A stretch of 64,000 bases of DNA. Source: Octopus sinensis (lineage: Eukaryota). The translations under genes were made by a program, and so were the position numbers. Below are positions 25,701 to 38,599 of this stretch, in pieces. Below the pieces are notes generated by a model. That model was not told the origin of the DNA. It ran no database searches and saw nothing but the letters and a program-made list of their open reading frames with translations. Position 1 is the first letter of the stretch; every line of letters begins with the position of its first letter. Where the stretch lies: contig NC_043003.1 in assembly GCF_006345805.1 (NCBI RefSeq), forward strand, positions 19,034,001-19,098,000, written 5' to 3'.

Positions 25701-28314
25701 TACATGTTTACTGATATGCTCCACTATTAATGTGGTTAGTAACATTAAATGTGTTATCTAGAGGAAAATATGGCTTGCAGTAAATCTGTTTCCTATTTTT
25801 CTATATTTTAGTTTGTTTGTTGGTATATTTGATATTTTGGTCATCATTTTTTTTTTCTTTAAAGCTATTTAAAAAGAAAAATTATAGATAAGGGATGACT
25901 TAGAAGAACTATATTTAGCCATTGCTTGTAAACAAGCAATGGCCGATGTTTTTATCTTGAAACAATTAATCAAACTAAGATTAGCAACAAGATTAAGCCT
26001 ACCACAAAGAATTGAAACAAGAAAATGGAATGGCACATGTGTGTGTGTGGAATGGTGGTGGTAAATGCAACACAACTAGCAAATGTACCTGTATTATTCA
26101 ATGTATCACCAACTTCATTTTAATCTCTTTGGGGATTTTGGAATTGTCTCCCTTGTCTTTCTTGAAAAGAATTATTATTACCACTAGTGATTTTTCTTTC
26201 TATTACAGTTGTAATTTTGAATATTTTTTTTCCTTTGTTTTACATTAACTCTTCATCATATAAACCAGCCATATCCGGCTCAAATATTCTACCTATTTCA
26301 CATTAAAAACTGGCCATATCTGACCTATCACACCTACCCTACAATGTCGTTCTAAAATTAAGCAATCTCATCATCAAAATCACGAATGTATGAGATAATG
26401 CATGATTGATTAATTCAAAACAATGTGAATAAATAAGCTTTACATTTGGACAATAATCTGAATTTAGACAATTAAATACATCGGTTTCCACTTAAATTTA
26501 GAGATTGTTCTTGTGTAACTTTGGTCAGCCTTGCTTTAGCAAACCTCTAATTTGTATGTAGTAAGTGGATTAACTGGGTGTTATTGACTCATCCAGCATT
26601 CAAAATATATCATATTGAGGAAAGGAGGAGGAGGAATGCATGGTATGTATGTGTGTGTTTGTGTGTGTGTGTGTAGGGTTTTTTGTCTGAACCAGGTGTG
26701 GGGAAATTGGGTACATAGGATAATGTTGTTAATTAGCTCCAGTTCATCTCTGATTGAGTTGACTAATGATCAAAAGCCTTCAAGCCTTGACCCCCCCCCC
26801 CTCTCTCTCTCTTTCGGAGAGGCACTGAGCACCTACACGCACATATACATACACAGCAGTAACTTCCGCCTACCGAAATCAATCACAAAGCTCCAGTCGG
26901 CTCGGGGCTATAGCGGAAGACACCTACCCAAAGTGCCACGCAGTGGGACTGAACCCGAAACTATATAACTAAGAAGCAAGCTCCCTAACCACACAGCCAT
27001 GCCCGATCTTGTCTATTTTATAAAGTACTAGCTTAAAAGCCACATTCCATGGAGACTTTTAAACTAATGGAGGGCTAATTGAGCCTGCAGCGCAAACCTA
27101 AAGAATGACTGTATTATGTCTATAATAATCATATGCCCTGGTGGTGTTTGATCAGTGGTTAAGGACGGATGAGAATTACTTTTGTAATGCAATCATTCTA
27201 TTGTTCCAGTCCCAAGTTGAATTCCAACTGTAGTCCAATTTGTCTCAAAGTTCTTATCTCGACATAAAATTGACAAAGTGAATATCATTTATTTCCCCCA
27301 TGATCTCTGACATCATCTGACAAACGACAACCAAGATGGTGTGAATCAGCCAAGCTTTACCTGCTTGAAGTAGCAGCCCAAATGCTTTTAAATCAGATCC
27401 CAATGCTGGATGTTCAAGAACCAAATGAAGGGCAGATTTTCAATCTCGGGATTATTCTGATTCCAAAATGGTATAATATGTCTATATAGAACGAATGTAT
27501 ACTGAGATACTGGGATCCCGGACAGACAGAATTTTCCTTTTATTATAATAGATAATACAGCAGAGTATGATCATCATCAAGTGGTTTTGGGGGCAAGCAC
27601 AAAGACACTTAATGACACCCACACAGATATATATGCAATGGGCTTCCACACAGTTTCCATCTACCAAATCCACTCATAAAGCTTTGGTCAATGTGATGTT
27701 AATGTAGAAGTCTCTTATCCAAGGTGCCAATCAGTGAGACTGAACCTGAAATGATGTGGCTGCAAAATGAGCATCTTAACCACACAGCCATGGCCACACC
27801 TACACATTTTTGAAAAAAAATCACTTATTTTAATTTAAGATTTTTTTTTGTAGCTTTTAAATGAATTTATTGTTTTGATCTCCAAGTGCCAACAATATCC
27901 AACAGTAAGTAATAATTGGAAGACCGGAAAACAAAACCGAAAAAAAAAAATGATAGATGCATCTCTTGAGTTGTAATGGGTTATCTAGAGGTCAGTTAAT
28001 GACGGATGCATGTACATATGTATGTACAAGTGTGCATGGCTGTTTTGATTGCATCTGTTACATCATCTAACCATGCACACACACACAGTTGAATAATAAA
28101 AAAAAAATGTATGAATGATCAAAACAAAATGGAAAAAACAGATATCACTTGCGCTGGTGATGCAGTAGGGTTATAAGAGAGGTTAGTGAATGTTTGAAAG
28201 GGAGAGAGAGAGGAGGAGGGAGAGAGGGGGAGGCAGAGAGAGACAGATTGAAAGACAGCATTTATGTGCCTAGAGTGTGTGCATGTGTGCATATATGTAT
28301 ACATGTGTGTAATA

Positions 28315-28348
<34 letters not shown>

Positions 28349-28403
28349 ATATATATATATACACATGTGTGTAATATAATTGTATATACATTGTGTGTGT
28401 GTG

Positions 28404-28486
<83 letters not shown>

Positions 28487-28542
28487 TATATATACACATG
28501 TGTGTAATATAATTGTATATACATTGTGTGTGTGTGTATATA

Positions 28543-28576
<34 letters not shown>

Positions 28577-29385
28577 CACATATCTGTATGTAGCAGCAGT
28601 TCTATATACTCTCACATGCATCATGTATATGTACATTCTGAGAAAGAATAAATGTTTAAAAAGGAAAAATAGAGGGATTTTTTTTTTGTCTCTAAAGTTT
28701 CAATAAGCCTAAAGAGTGTGTGTGTGTGTGTTTCAATAAGCTCAGAGTTTGTGTGTGTGTATTTGCACATGATTGTTTGTGAGGCCATGTATGTATGTTA
28801 GCTTACATGTGCAGACTCTTCATCTAGCTCTGCCAACACACACACCCACACACACACATTGAAGAAAGGAAAATTGTTCGTGATGTTCATAAAGGGGAAA
28901 CGGAGCAATCAAATTGGACCAGATTGTAAGAATTATTGTTCACTCAGATGTTTTCATTATTCATTATGTATTTTAAAACTATTTTACTTTTTTTTTTTTT
29001 CGTACCTCCAATAAAATTTATATTCCATTTATTCATGTTTCCTTTAACTTGTTAAAAAAAAAAAATCATTATTCCTTCAATGTAGGAGGGAGTTCTGTTG
29101 AGTAGATATTAAACTGCTGGCAATCCCACTACATACCCCCACCCCTCTCTTCAGTTTCTTTGTGTAGCAACTTATAATTTCATTTGCAATTTTACCTTGT
29201 GCAAAAGTTGGCTATCTGAATAAAGCACCCTTCTTGAGCCTTATGGATCCATAGGGGCTAGTTTCCTGGTTTCCATGGCATATATAAAGACTTTTTCTAT
29301 TCCTGAGCGTTATACTAATACATCTGTTTGTTTTGTACACCACCTGTCTTCATCTTTTGTTTTTTTCATAAACTCTCCTTATATA

Positions 29386-29416
<31 letters not shown>

Positions 29417-29762
29417 CACCCCCATCACAGATTACTTATTTTGCCTGTTGAGTGGACTGGAGCAATGTAAAATGATGTGTTTTGCTCAAGAACATAACAT
29501 GTTGCCCGTTCCAGGAATTGAAATCATAATCTTACATGAGTCCAGTGCGCTTACCACTAGACCACTCCCCTCCACAACCTATCTGAATGGATGAAGTTTT
29601 GTAGTGTGAATAAGAGGTGGAGATAATTTTAATAAATCAAGAATTTATGTTATATGGTATTTGATATACCTGCATTTGTCTAACTTGTTCAAAGACATAC
29701 AACTGGCCACTCTAAGTTATTTCTCTTAGATCATTTGTGTCTAAATTATACAAACTATCTAG

Positions 29763-30826
29763 TAGAGTGGAGTGAAAATTAAAAATTGTGGAAATTGAAA
29801 ATGCCCGAGGGCTAAAATGTTGCTATATTTCATTACTAGAAAAATGCTAAATTTTCAATGAGATCAATCAAGGGCATTTACTCCCTCAAGCTCTCTAATC
29901 TCCAAAAATGGGATTTTTTGTAAATTGTTTTACAATAGTGGAGTTTGGGTGTTTTGAGGGAATAAATACCCTTGACTGGTCTATGCGAAAATTTAGCATT
30001 TTTCTAGTAATAATATATAGCAAGATTTTAGGCCTCAGGCATTTTCAATTTCCACAATTTTTTATTTCTACTCCACCCTAAATTACACAATCTGTATACC
30101 CACACACACATACATGTGTGTTAGGGTGTACTGCTAATGGTAATTTTTGTGGAGGCGCAATGGCCCAGTGGTTAGGGCAGTGGACTCGCGGTCATAGGAT
30201 CGCGGTTTCGATTCTCAGACCAGGCGTTGTGAGTGTTTATTGAGCAAAAACACCTAAAGTTCCACGAGGCTCCGGCAGGGATGGTGATGATCCCTGCTGT
30301 ACTCTTTCACCACAACTTTCTCTCACTCTTACTTCCTGTTTCTGTTGTACCTGTATTTCAAGGGGCCAGCCTTGTCACTCTCTGTGTCACGCTGAATATC
30401 CCCGAGAACTGCGTTAAGGGTACACGTGTCTGTGGAGTGCTCAGCCACTTACACGTTAATTTCACGAGCAGGCTGTTCCGTTGATCGGATCAACTGGAGC
30501 CCTCGTCGTCGTAACCGACGGAGTGCTCCCAGTGAAAATGAAAGATTGAAAATGCCTGAGACCTAAAATCTTGCTATATATTATTACTAGAAAAATGCTA
30601 AATTTTCGCTTAGATCAGTCAAAGGCATTTACTCCCTCAACCCCACAAACTCTGCTATTGTAAAAAATTTACAAACATCCCCCATTTTTGGAGTTTGTGG
30701 GGCTTGAGGGAGTAAATACCCTTGTTTGATCTCAGTGAAAATTTAGCATTTTTCTAGTATATAGCAACATTTTAGCACTCAGGCATTTCCAATTTCCACA
30801 ATTATTTTATTTCCACTCCACCCTAG
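29763..30826. mobile_element. Second copy of the composite foldback element, reversed, with a SINE inserted
   Basis: Units 29763-30081 and about 30120/30531-30826. The spacer matches the reverse complement of the 20262-20305 spacer. Confidence 0.8.
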
Positions 30827-31562
30827 GCCATAAATGCATTCTACTTTTTTTTTTAAGTCTAAGTCCCTTAACTACTGGAGATAAGTCAAGACAATTGCCA
30901 TGCTGATGGCAGCTATTGAGCTATTGAGACAATTGTCCTCTTCTCTTCAGACAATAAACCTATCCTTTTCCTTAATGGCATGTCAGTTTTGGAGAAATTC
31001 TTGAGATTGTCCCTCCTTATCAGGTGAAGTTGGTGTTAATTTTCATTTGGTGGAGGTAATTTTAATAGATCAAGAATTTGTTAAACGGTATTTTATATAT
31101 ATATACATATATATGTATGTATGTAATTCAAAAGGCCAGCCTCGTCACACTCTGTGCCACGCCGAATCTCCCTGAGAACTGCATTAAGGGTACACGTGTC
31201 TGTGGAATGCTCAACCACTTGCATGTTAATTTCATGAGCAGACTGCTCCATTGATTATATCAACTGGGACCCTCATCATCGTAACTGACAGTGCTCTTTT
31301 TTTTTTATGTGTGTGTGTATATATATATATAAGATATAGATAGAAGTTGTAAGACCTTCTATCTATAAATGCTCTAATATCTACACAGCCTTGGTTTTTT
31401 TTATCTTATTACGCTAAAAATTCTTATATGCACACGCTGACATAGAACCAACATTGAACCCTTTATTCGCAATATTACCGAATCTGGAACTTAACTATGG
31501 TCTGTCTATAGCACTTATTCAGCATTACCTGACACCTTTGCGTCTCGATGACACCATTATCT

Positions 31563-31604
<42 letters not shown>

Positions 31605-31889
31605 CGCAATGACCTAGTGGTTAGGGCTGCGGACTCGCGGTCGTAGGATCGCGGTTTCAATTCCCAGACCAGGTGTTGTGAGTGTTTATTGAGCGAAAAC
31701 ACCTAAAAAGCTCCATGAGGCTCCGGCAGGGGGTGGTGATCCCTGCTGTACTCTTTCACCACACTTTCTCCCACTCTTTCTTCTGTTGGCCTACTCGCTT
31801 AGCCAGCGGGGTGGCGTCATTCGAAGGCTAAAACAAAGCGAACGCATTGTGACCAGCGATGTGTAACAACATCTGATGGTCTGGTCGGT

Positions 31890-31934
<45 letters not shown>

Positions 31935-33819
31935 CACAGGCATGGCTGTGTGGTAAAAAGTATGCTTCCTAACCACATAGTTCCAGGATCAGTCCACTGC
32001 ATGGCATCTTGAGCCAGTGCCTGCTACTATAGCCTTGGACCAACCAATGCTTTGTGAGTGGATTTGATAGAGAGAAACTGAAAGAAGCCTGTCATATGCA
32101 TGTGTGTTTGTCCCCGCCACTACCACCACCACTTGACAACCTGTGTTGATATGTTTATCTTTCCATAACTTAGTGGTTTGGCAAAAAAAACTGATAGAAT
32201 AAGTACCAGGCTTTACAAAATAACAAGTACTGGTGTTGACTCATGTGACTAAAATTCTTCAAGGCGGTACCCCAGCATGGCCACAGTCTGACAACTAAAA
32301 CGAATAAAAGATAAAAAGATATATATACATACATATATGAGTGATTTTTAGTTTTTAGTATGCCTGGCTGTGTGTACATAAATGATTTGCATAATTTTCA
32401 ATGTGTCTGTCTTTTCTCTTTTAACATATATCATCATCATCATCGTTTAACATCCATTTTCTATGCTGGCATGGGTTGGACGGTTCGACCGGGGTCTGGG
32501 AAACCAGGAGGCTGCGCCAAACTCCAGTCTGATCTGGCAGTGTTTCTACAGCTGGATGCCCTTCCTAACGCTAACCACTCCGTGAGTGTAGTGGGTGCTT
32601 TTTACGTGCCACCAGCACAGGGGCCAGAGGAGGCTGGCAAATGGCCATGATCGGGTTGGTGCTTTTTATGTGTTACCAACATGGACGCCAGTCAGGCGGC
32701 ACTGGCATCAGTCAAGTTCGGATGGTGCTTTTTACATGCCACCGGCACAGGTATCATAACTACAATCTCCATTTGATTCTTATTTTGATGTTGATGTACT
32801 TGACTCAATGGGTCTCCTCAAGCACAGCAGGTCATCCTATGATCCAAGGTTAGCACAAGGTTTCATTTGTCGGGATTTCGCAGTCACAGCATATCGCAGA
32901 GGTCTCAGTCTTTCGTCATTTCCTCTGTGAGGCCCAACATGCCACCGGCACGGGTATCACAACTACAATATGAAGGAAAATTTTCTGAAACTAAATAAAA
33001 AAGAACCTTTAAAAAAAAAAAAGAGAGTGACATTCTATGTTTTTTTTTTAAGATCTTTGTGAAGATTTTTTTATATAATTAATAATTTAAAAAAAAAAAT
33101 CTTTCTTCAAATATTATAACTATATAAAGAATTCTCTGCAAAAACTTTTTTGAATACACACACATACACACACAAACTGCTGTTGTCTACGAACTCAATT
33201 TGTTGAACACTGCTTTAGAATGCAAGTGTTCTTTATCTTAGCTGTCTGCAGCTAAGTGGAAAGCAAGCTATTAGTGTCTGCCTTAATACAACCATCCACA
33301 ATTGTAACAATGTAAAATACTAAATTTTGCAATATATTTTACTGAAAAATTGCCAAAATATAGCGATTTTCTTTTCTTTTTTTTCTTCTCTTTGATTCTT
33401 TGTTGTGGCTATTGTTTAGCTCCAGGTCAGTTTTGGTTGTGCAGACTTAAGTTCAAAGGTATTACAGTTATGATTACACCATATTTCTCTCAAGTATTGT
33501 GTATCTCAGGCTATATTATCTAAATGTGTTCCATTTTCCAAGACAGTTGGGTCTAATTGATATTTTCTTCACTTTATATGATATAAAATTCAAATTATAG
33601 GCTGAAAAAATATTTTGAAAAAAAGAAAGAAAAAAAAAACAAGAATATGTATCTGGAATTTATTTTTCCACTGTAAAAAGCTAAAAGTTATTTCCTTATG
33701 ATTTTGCCTTTCATCTCCGTGGGGTTTATAAAGTACCAGTAAAGTACCGAGGTCAGTAGAATTGACTAATCCTTTCCCCACCGAGTCTCTGGCTGTGTGC
33801 CTAAATCATAAATAATTTA

Positions 33820-34520
33820 ACACACCAAGCAGGTAGAATCATCAAAGCTTTGGAAAAAAATGCTTTGCAGTATTTGTACTGACTCATATTCTGAGTTCAG
33901 ATCCTGCCATGGTCAACTTTGCCTTTCATCTATAGGGCATTGATAAAATACAGTAGTCGCGAAAACTGGGGTGATATTACCAATTAAGCCCCTTTCCTTA
34001 AAATTGCTGGCCTTGCATCAAAAATTGAAATCATTGTTAATATTAGTAGTAGTTAATAATTAGTAGTAGTCAGGCAATGAGCCAGCAGAATCATTAAATC
34101 GCTGGACAAAATGCTTTGCTGTATTTCTTCAATTTTTACATTCTGAGTTCAAATTCCTCCAAGGTCGACATTGCCTTTTATCCTTTTGGGGTCAATGAAA
34201 CAAGTACTAGTTGAGATCTGAGTACTGGGGTCAATGTAATCAACCAAAAGTGGAGGCCTTGTGCCTATAACAGAAAGGATCATTATTATTATTATTAAGG
34301 TGGTGAACTGGCAGAATCGTTAGCATGCCAGGCAAAATGCTTAGCAACATTTCGTGTGTCAGCACTTGTGGGTTTAGATCTCACCAAGGTCAACTTTGCC
34401 TTCATCCTTTTGCAGGTCGATAAATTAGAACCAGTGAAACACTGGGGATGATGTAATCAACTTAACCCCTCCCTCAAAATTTCAGACCTTGTGTCTTTAG
34501 TAGAAAGGATTATTATTAAT
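33820..34520 (+). mobile_element. Family-M SINE array (further arrays 40676-41480, 42365-42740, 55965-57000)
   Basis: Same units in tandem with (TTA)n linkers. Confidence 0.8.
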
Positions 34521-35011
34521 TTCTCCTTTTGTGTTCTAACTGCAAATCTTGGTGGATGGGGGGGGGGCTCTCTAGAAGGTAATCATAATGAAGTTCTGAG
34601 GTAAATTTAATCAACTGATCTGTCCCCAAATTTGTGGCTTTGTAACCAAATATAAAAAAAAAAAAATTCAATAACCCAAGGTAGGTAGCATTTATCTTAT
34701 GTTTATTTTTGTTTTTTTTTCCATTTCTTCTTTTTTATTTCATTTTTTTTTCTTTTTTTTTAAACCATGTTGCATTTTTTATTACATTAAACGGACATTA
34801 TTTTTTTCCTTTGTTTATTCCTTTAGCAGTCTAAAGGCTTCTGGAAGAAGGCCCACCCCACCATATACCGTGCTGTAGTGTCCCGTAAATCCAAACCTGC
34901 GTTAGTAAATGACCATTCTGTAATCAGTTTCCACAGCCTTCTCTCACCTTCTTCGTTAATTTTCTTAATTACTACTATGGCGTTTCTTGTTTTTTCTCTC
35001 TTCTGTTGCAG

Positions 35012-35764
35012 TAAACGGCATGTGAAATTTCAGTCACCTGCTACCTCATCTCCTAGGCGTGCAGTACTGATGCAGTCTACACCACCTGCATCTACATCCA
35101 CTACGAGTCTTACGGCTAACAATAACACTACTGTCTCTACTAACACTAGTACCACTACAACTACAACTATTGCTACTACTGCTACTACTACTATTTCTAC
35201 CACTACCACTACTACAACTGCTGTCTCTTCTACCTGCCCGCCTTCCCCTCCTTCTCCACCACCGCCTCCCCCACTCCCTCCACCTCCACTGCCTTTGCCC
35301 CCTCCGCCGTCTTCTTCTCTACCTCCTCCGCCATCCCCTTCGAACCTACCACCTCTCCCTCCCCCTCCGTTGCCTCCACCGCCGGCAGACTTCTCCAACG
35401 AATCCGAACCCGACACCGAGTCCGAGTCCACTTCTCTCGCCCCGCTCTTGCCTCCGCCTCCGCCTCTTCCCCCTCCTCCACCGCCGCCCCTCCCGCCTCC
35501 GCCTCTGCCTTCCCAACACCCCAAGCTGTCCCACTTTCACCACCAACAGCAACACCTCCTCCACCACCACCACCACCACCATCACCATCATCATCACTAC
35601 CAGCAGCACTCGTCAGTGGACCGAGATCGGGACAGGCCAATGTCTCCGCTTGCCCAACCTCGATCACAGCACGCGTCTCCATGCTCCACCCCTCCCGTGG
35701 TAGCAACTTGCCACAGACACACAGAACAAGAACCAGACAACTCAATATTTACCTTCCCTTGCAG
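35012..35764 (+). CDS. C2CD5: Probable alternative 5' extension of the same exon: 251 aa Thr-rich, poly-Pro, poly-His low-complexity insert
   Basis: Strong acceptor ttttttctctcttctgttgcag, also phase 2, with no stop up to the 35913 donor. GC-rich, and Pro runs use mixed codons (ccg/cct/ccc/cca). Confidence 0.7.
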
Positions 35765-35913
35765 CTCTCCTCTTCCCGAAGACATCATCACTCCCTCCTC
35801 CCCGACCATTAACCAGTCTGGTGGCCTCAAATCGTCCACGTCACCTGCTAAATGCTCCAGTACAGCTATCCGACGCCGGTCTTCAGACTCAGACTTGAGT
35901 ACCACTCCAAAAG
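35765..35913 (+). CDS. C2CD5: C2CD5 exon, short form (phase 2-1): SPLPEDIITP...IRRRSSDSDLSTTPK
   Basis: ttcccttgcag acceptor, aaag/gtaata donor, in frame with the 1425-1550 exon. The end matches recalled vertebrate RQSSSSDTDLSLTPK. Confidence 0.85.
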
Positions 35914-38277
35914 GTAATAATAATAATGCAATAATCACAAATATGAATCACTCTAATACGTATTAACCCTTGAAAAGCAAAAAAAAAAAAAAAAAAAATT
36001 ATGAGGAAAAGACTAAACAAGGAAGAAATGAGATTTTCTTTTTTTTTTTTCTTTTGGCTAATTTAACCAAACCATTTGATCACATTTGTTTTAATTTTTG
36101 CTTCTTTTTTCCTCAATATTAATAATGATGGTTTCTTTTGTTGGTCACAAGGGTTTTACTGTTACTACTATTATTAGTACTGCTACTAATAATAACAATA
36201 GTAATAATAGGAAACCCTATTGTATCAGACCTACAAAAAGTTCTTCTTGTGGGTACTGCACACATCCTTAGTAAAACACTGTCAACCTGAAAATATCTAC
36301 AAAAAAGAAACGGGATGATGATGATGATTCAGGGAGAAATATTACTTTGCTTAGAAATAAGTGAGGGTTGGCAACAGGAAGAGCATCATCCATAGTAAAA
36401 CTGCCTCAACAAATTCAGTGTGACCCATGTGAACATGGAAAATGGCAATCAATGATGAATGCTCCAATTATTCAGTCAGTGGAGCAACTTACTCACTGAA
36501 TTTTAATGTAGGTGGCTGAGTATTCCACAGACAATGTACTCTTGATTCTCTGGGAGAATTGGCATGATGCAATATGTGAGTTGACAGGACCTTAGAATTA
36601 CATGTCAGTCTATCCCGCAGGCTTCAGTACAGTTTCTGTCTACCCAAATTTCACTCACAATACTTATGTTGATTTGTGGCTATAATAAGAGACAAATCAT
36701 CCAAGATGCCATAGAGTAGGGTTGAACCTGGAACCTCATAATTGCAAGGCAAACTTGACCAGGTTTGTGTCCATCACTTATACTATTGTTGTTATTGGTT
36801 AAATATATAAAAACAACTGAGTTAGTATTTCAACTAATTTGTTTTGGATAGCATCTTAAATAATTCCATCACTTTTTTTTATATTTGTTATTTTAATTTC
36901 AATATTCTACATTATGGAATCATTCAAATTAAAAAACAAAAATCAAAATAAATAAGAAATAAAATGAGGAAAAAAGATTTTTAAAAATCAAAACAACCAG
37001 AAAATCAAATCATTAACAGAATAATACTAATTGCTCGACTAAATACGTTAGAGAGATTATTGCTTTTTTTTATTCTCTCTTCCCTTCTAAAGTCAACCTA
37101 CAAAATAAACCAAAATGGAATTTTCTCAGAGAATTTTAAAAAATACTTTTGGGGTTTTACAGTAGCTTGTCTTAGTGACATTAATACATAGGATTTTGAA
37201 TTTAGCTTATTAGGAACTGCATTAGTATTGTCCCTGTAGTCTTTGTTGATATTACATATGCTTCTGACAAAAAAGTTGTGCAGCATTAATAACGATATCA
37301 ATGGTCCAAGTGCTACACTGGCTGCTGAGCATTTTTAAGTGCAAATAGTCTGTTGAGCACCAAATGAAGCCACCTTATCCCTTTAGTGTTTAAACCGGTT
37401 ATATCCGGCCCGAATATTCTACTCATTTTATGCTCAAACTGGCCAGAACCAGTATCTCACACCTACCCTGCAATGTAATTCTAAAAATACACAATTACAT
37501 CTTTCAAATCTTGAAGCTACAAGATAATACCAGATTAATTTTTTTTTAATGTAAATGAATAAGGATTACTTATGACATATTAATTTAAATGCTAAAGGGT
37601 TAATTGTGTTTGCTGCAATAACCACCGGAATGTTGAATAATTGTGGTGTAGTCTGGATGATGAAACAAACATGACTTGGCATGACTGCCACTACTCAGCA
37701 CTATATAGTGCTAAACATTGAAAAACATGGGCTTGGAACAAGATGAAGTTGAGTGGGTCTGAGATGCACACTGATGGACCACTCTCACATTGTTTGATTG
37801 GTTAATTCTGTTTGCACAAAGTGAACCAGAGTTATTTAACACAGCTGCTTTGTGGAATGATTTATTGAACATTAAAAAAAAAGGTTAAGGTAGTAAATAA
37901 ACTCCTACTGAAAATCCAGATGGAGGGGCCCTAAGACAGATGTGTATGGTTATATTTAACTAATATCTGGTATCTCTTGCTGCTCTATGGATGCTACAAA
38001 CAGATTGACTTACCTTTACAGTATATCAATAAGTGGAGAGGTAGTAACTGTACTTGGGGCCAATCATTTGCTTCTGGAAACAGCCCAGGCACTGCCAACC
38101 TATACAACATAAACACTTTTATAATATAAATGACATTATATTTCTTCAAATTTGATAAGCTTTGAAGACAGTAAAGTAATGACCCTGTAGATATAGCATA
38201 TCCTTTAGATTTCATACTTTATTTGCTCTTGATTTGTCTGTTCTCTTGTGACTGATGTAAACTAAAAGTCAAATGAT

Positions 38278-38599
38278 AACAAGAGCACCCAGAGAGTGCA
38301 AACCTCCGGCAAGGCAACACCTACGTCCTCTCAATGATTAGCCAGATGGGATTTTTAAAAAGAGAATATCTGAAATAAACTTGACTGCTCTCAAAAATTA
38401 AGTAAAAAAAATTGGAAAAATAATCCAGAATTCTTGTTCAGTACCTGATTGATCCCAAAATCTAATCAGTTCATGCTAGTCATGAGGCCAAACATCCCTG
38501 AAAGTTTCATCCGAATCCATCCAGACATCTTGTCCACAGACAAACAAACAAACACAACTGAAAACAATGCCTCCACCTTCGCTAAGGTGGAGGTAATAA
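38278..38599 (-). mobile_element. Helentron-type non-autonomous element
   Basis: Minus strand begins ttattacctccacc(ttagcgaa)ggtggagg hairpin plus (GTTT)n, ends ccggaggtttgcactctctgggtgctcttgtt. Resembles recalled HINE/DINE-1-like termini. Confidence 0.55.

Noticed and set aside
28300-28580. About 133-bp tandem duplication
   Set aside because: Ordinary slippage within a compound TA/TG microsatellite.
30150-30225. tRNA gene (also 31602, 56450)
   Set aside because: No acceptor-stem closure or terminator; it continues into a multi-copy SINE body.
35030-35938. Gly-rich minus-strand ORFs and the alternative + frame ORF 35170-35703
   Set aside because: Shadows of the C-rich polyproline exon.
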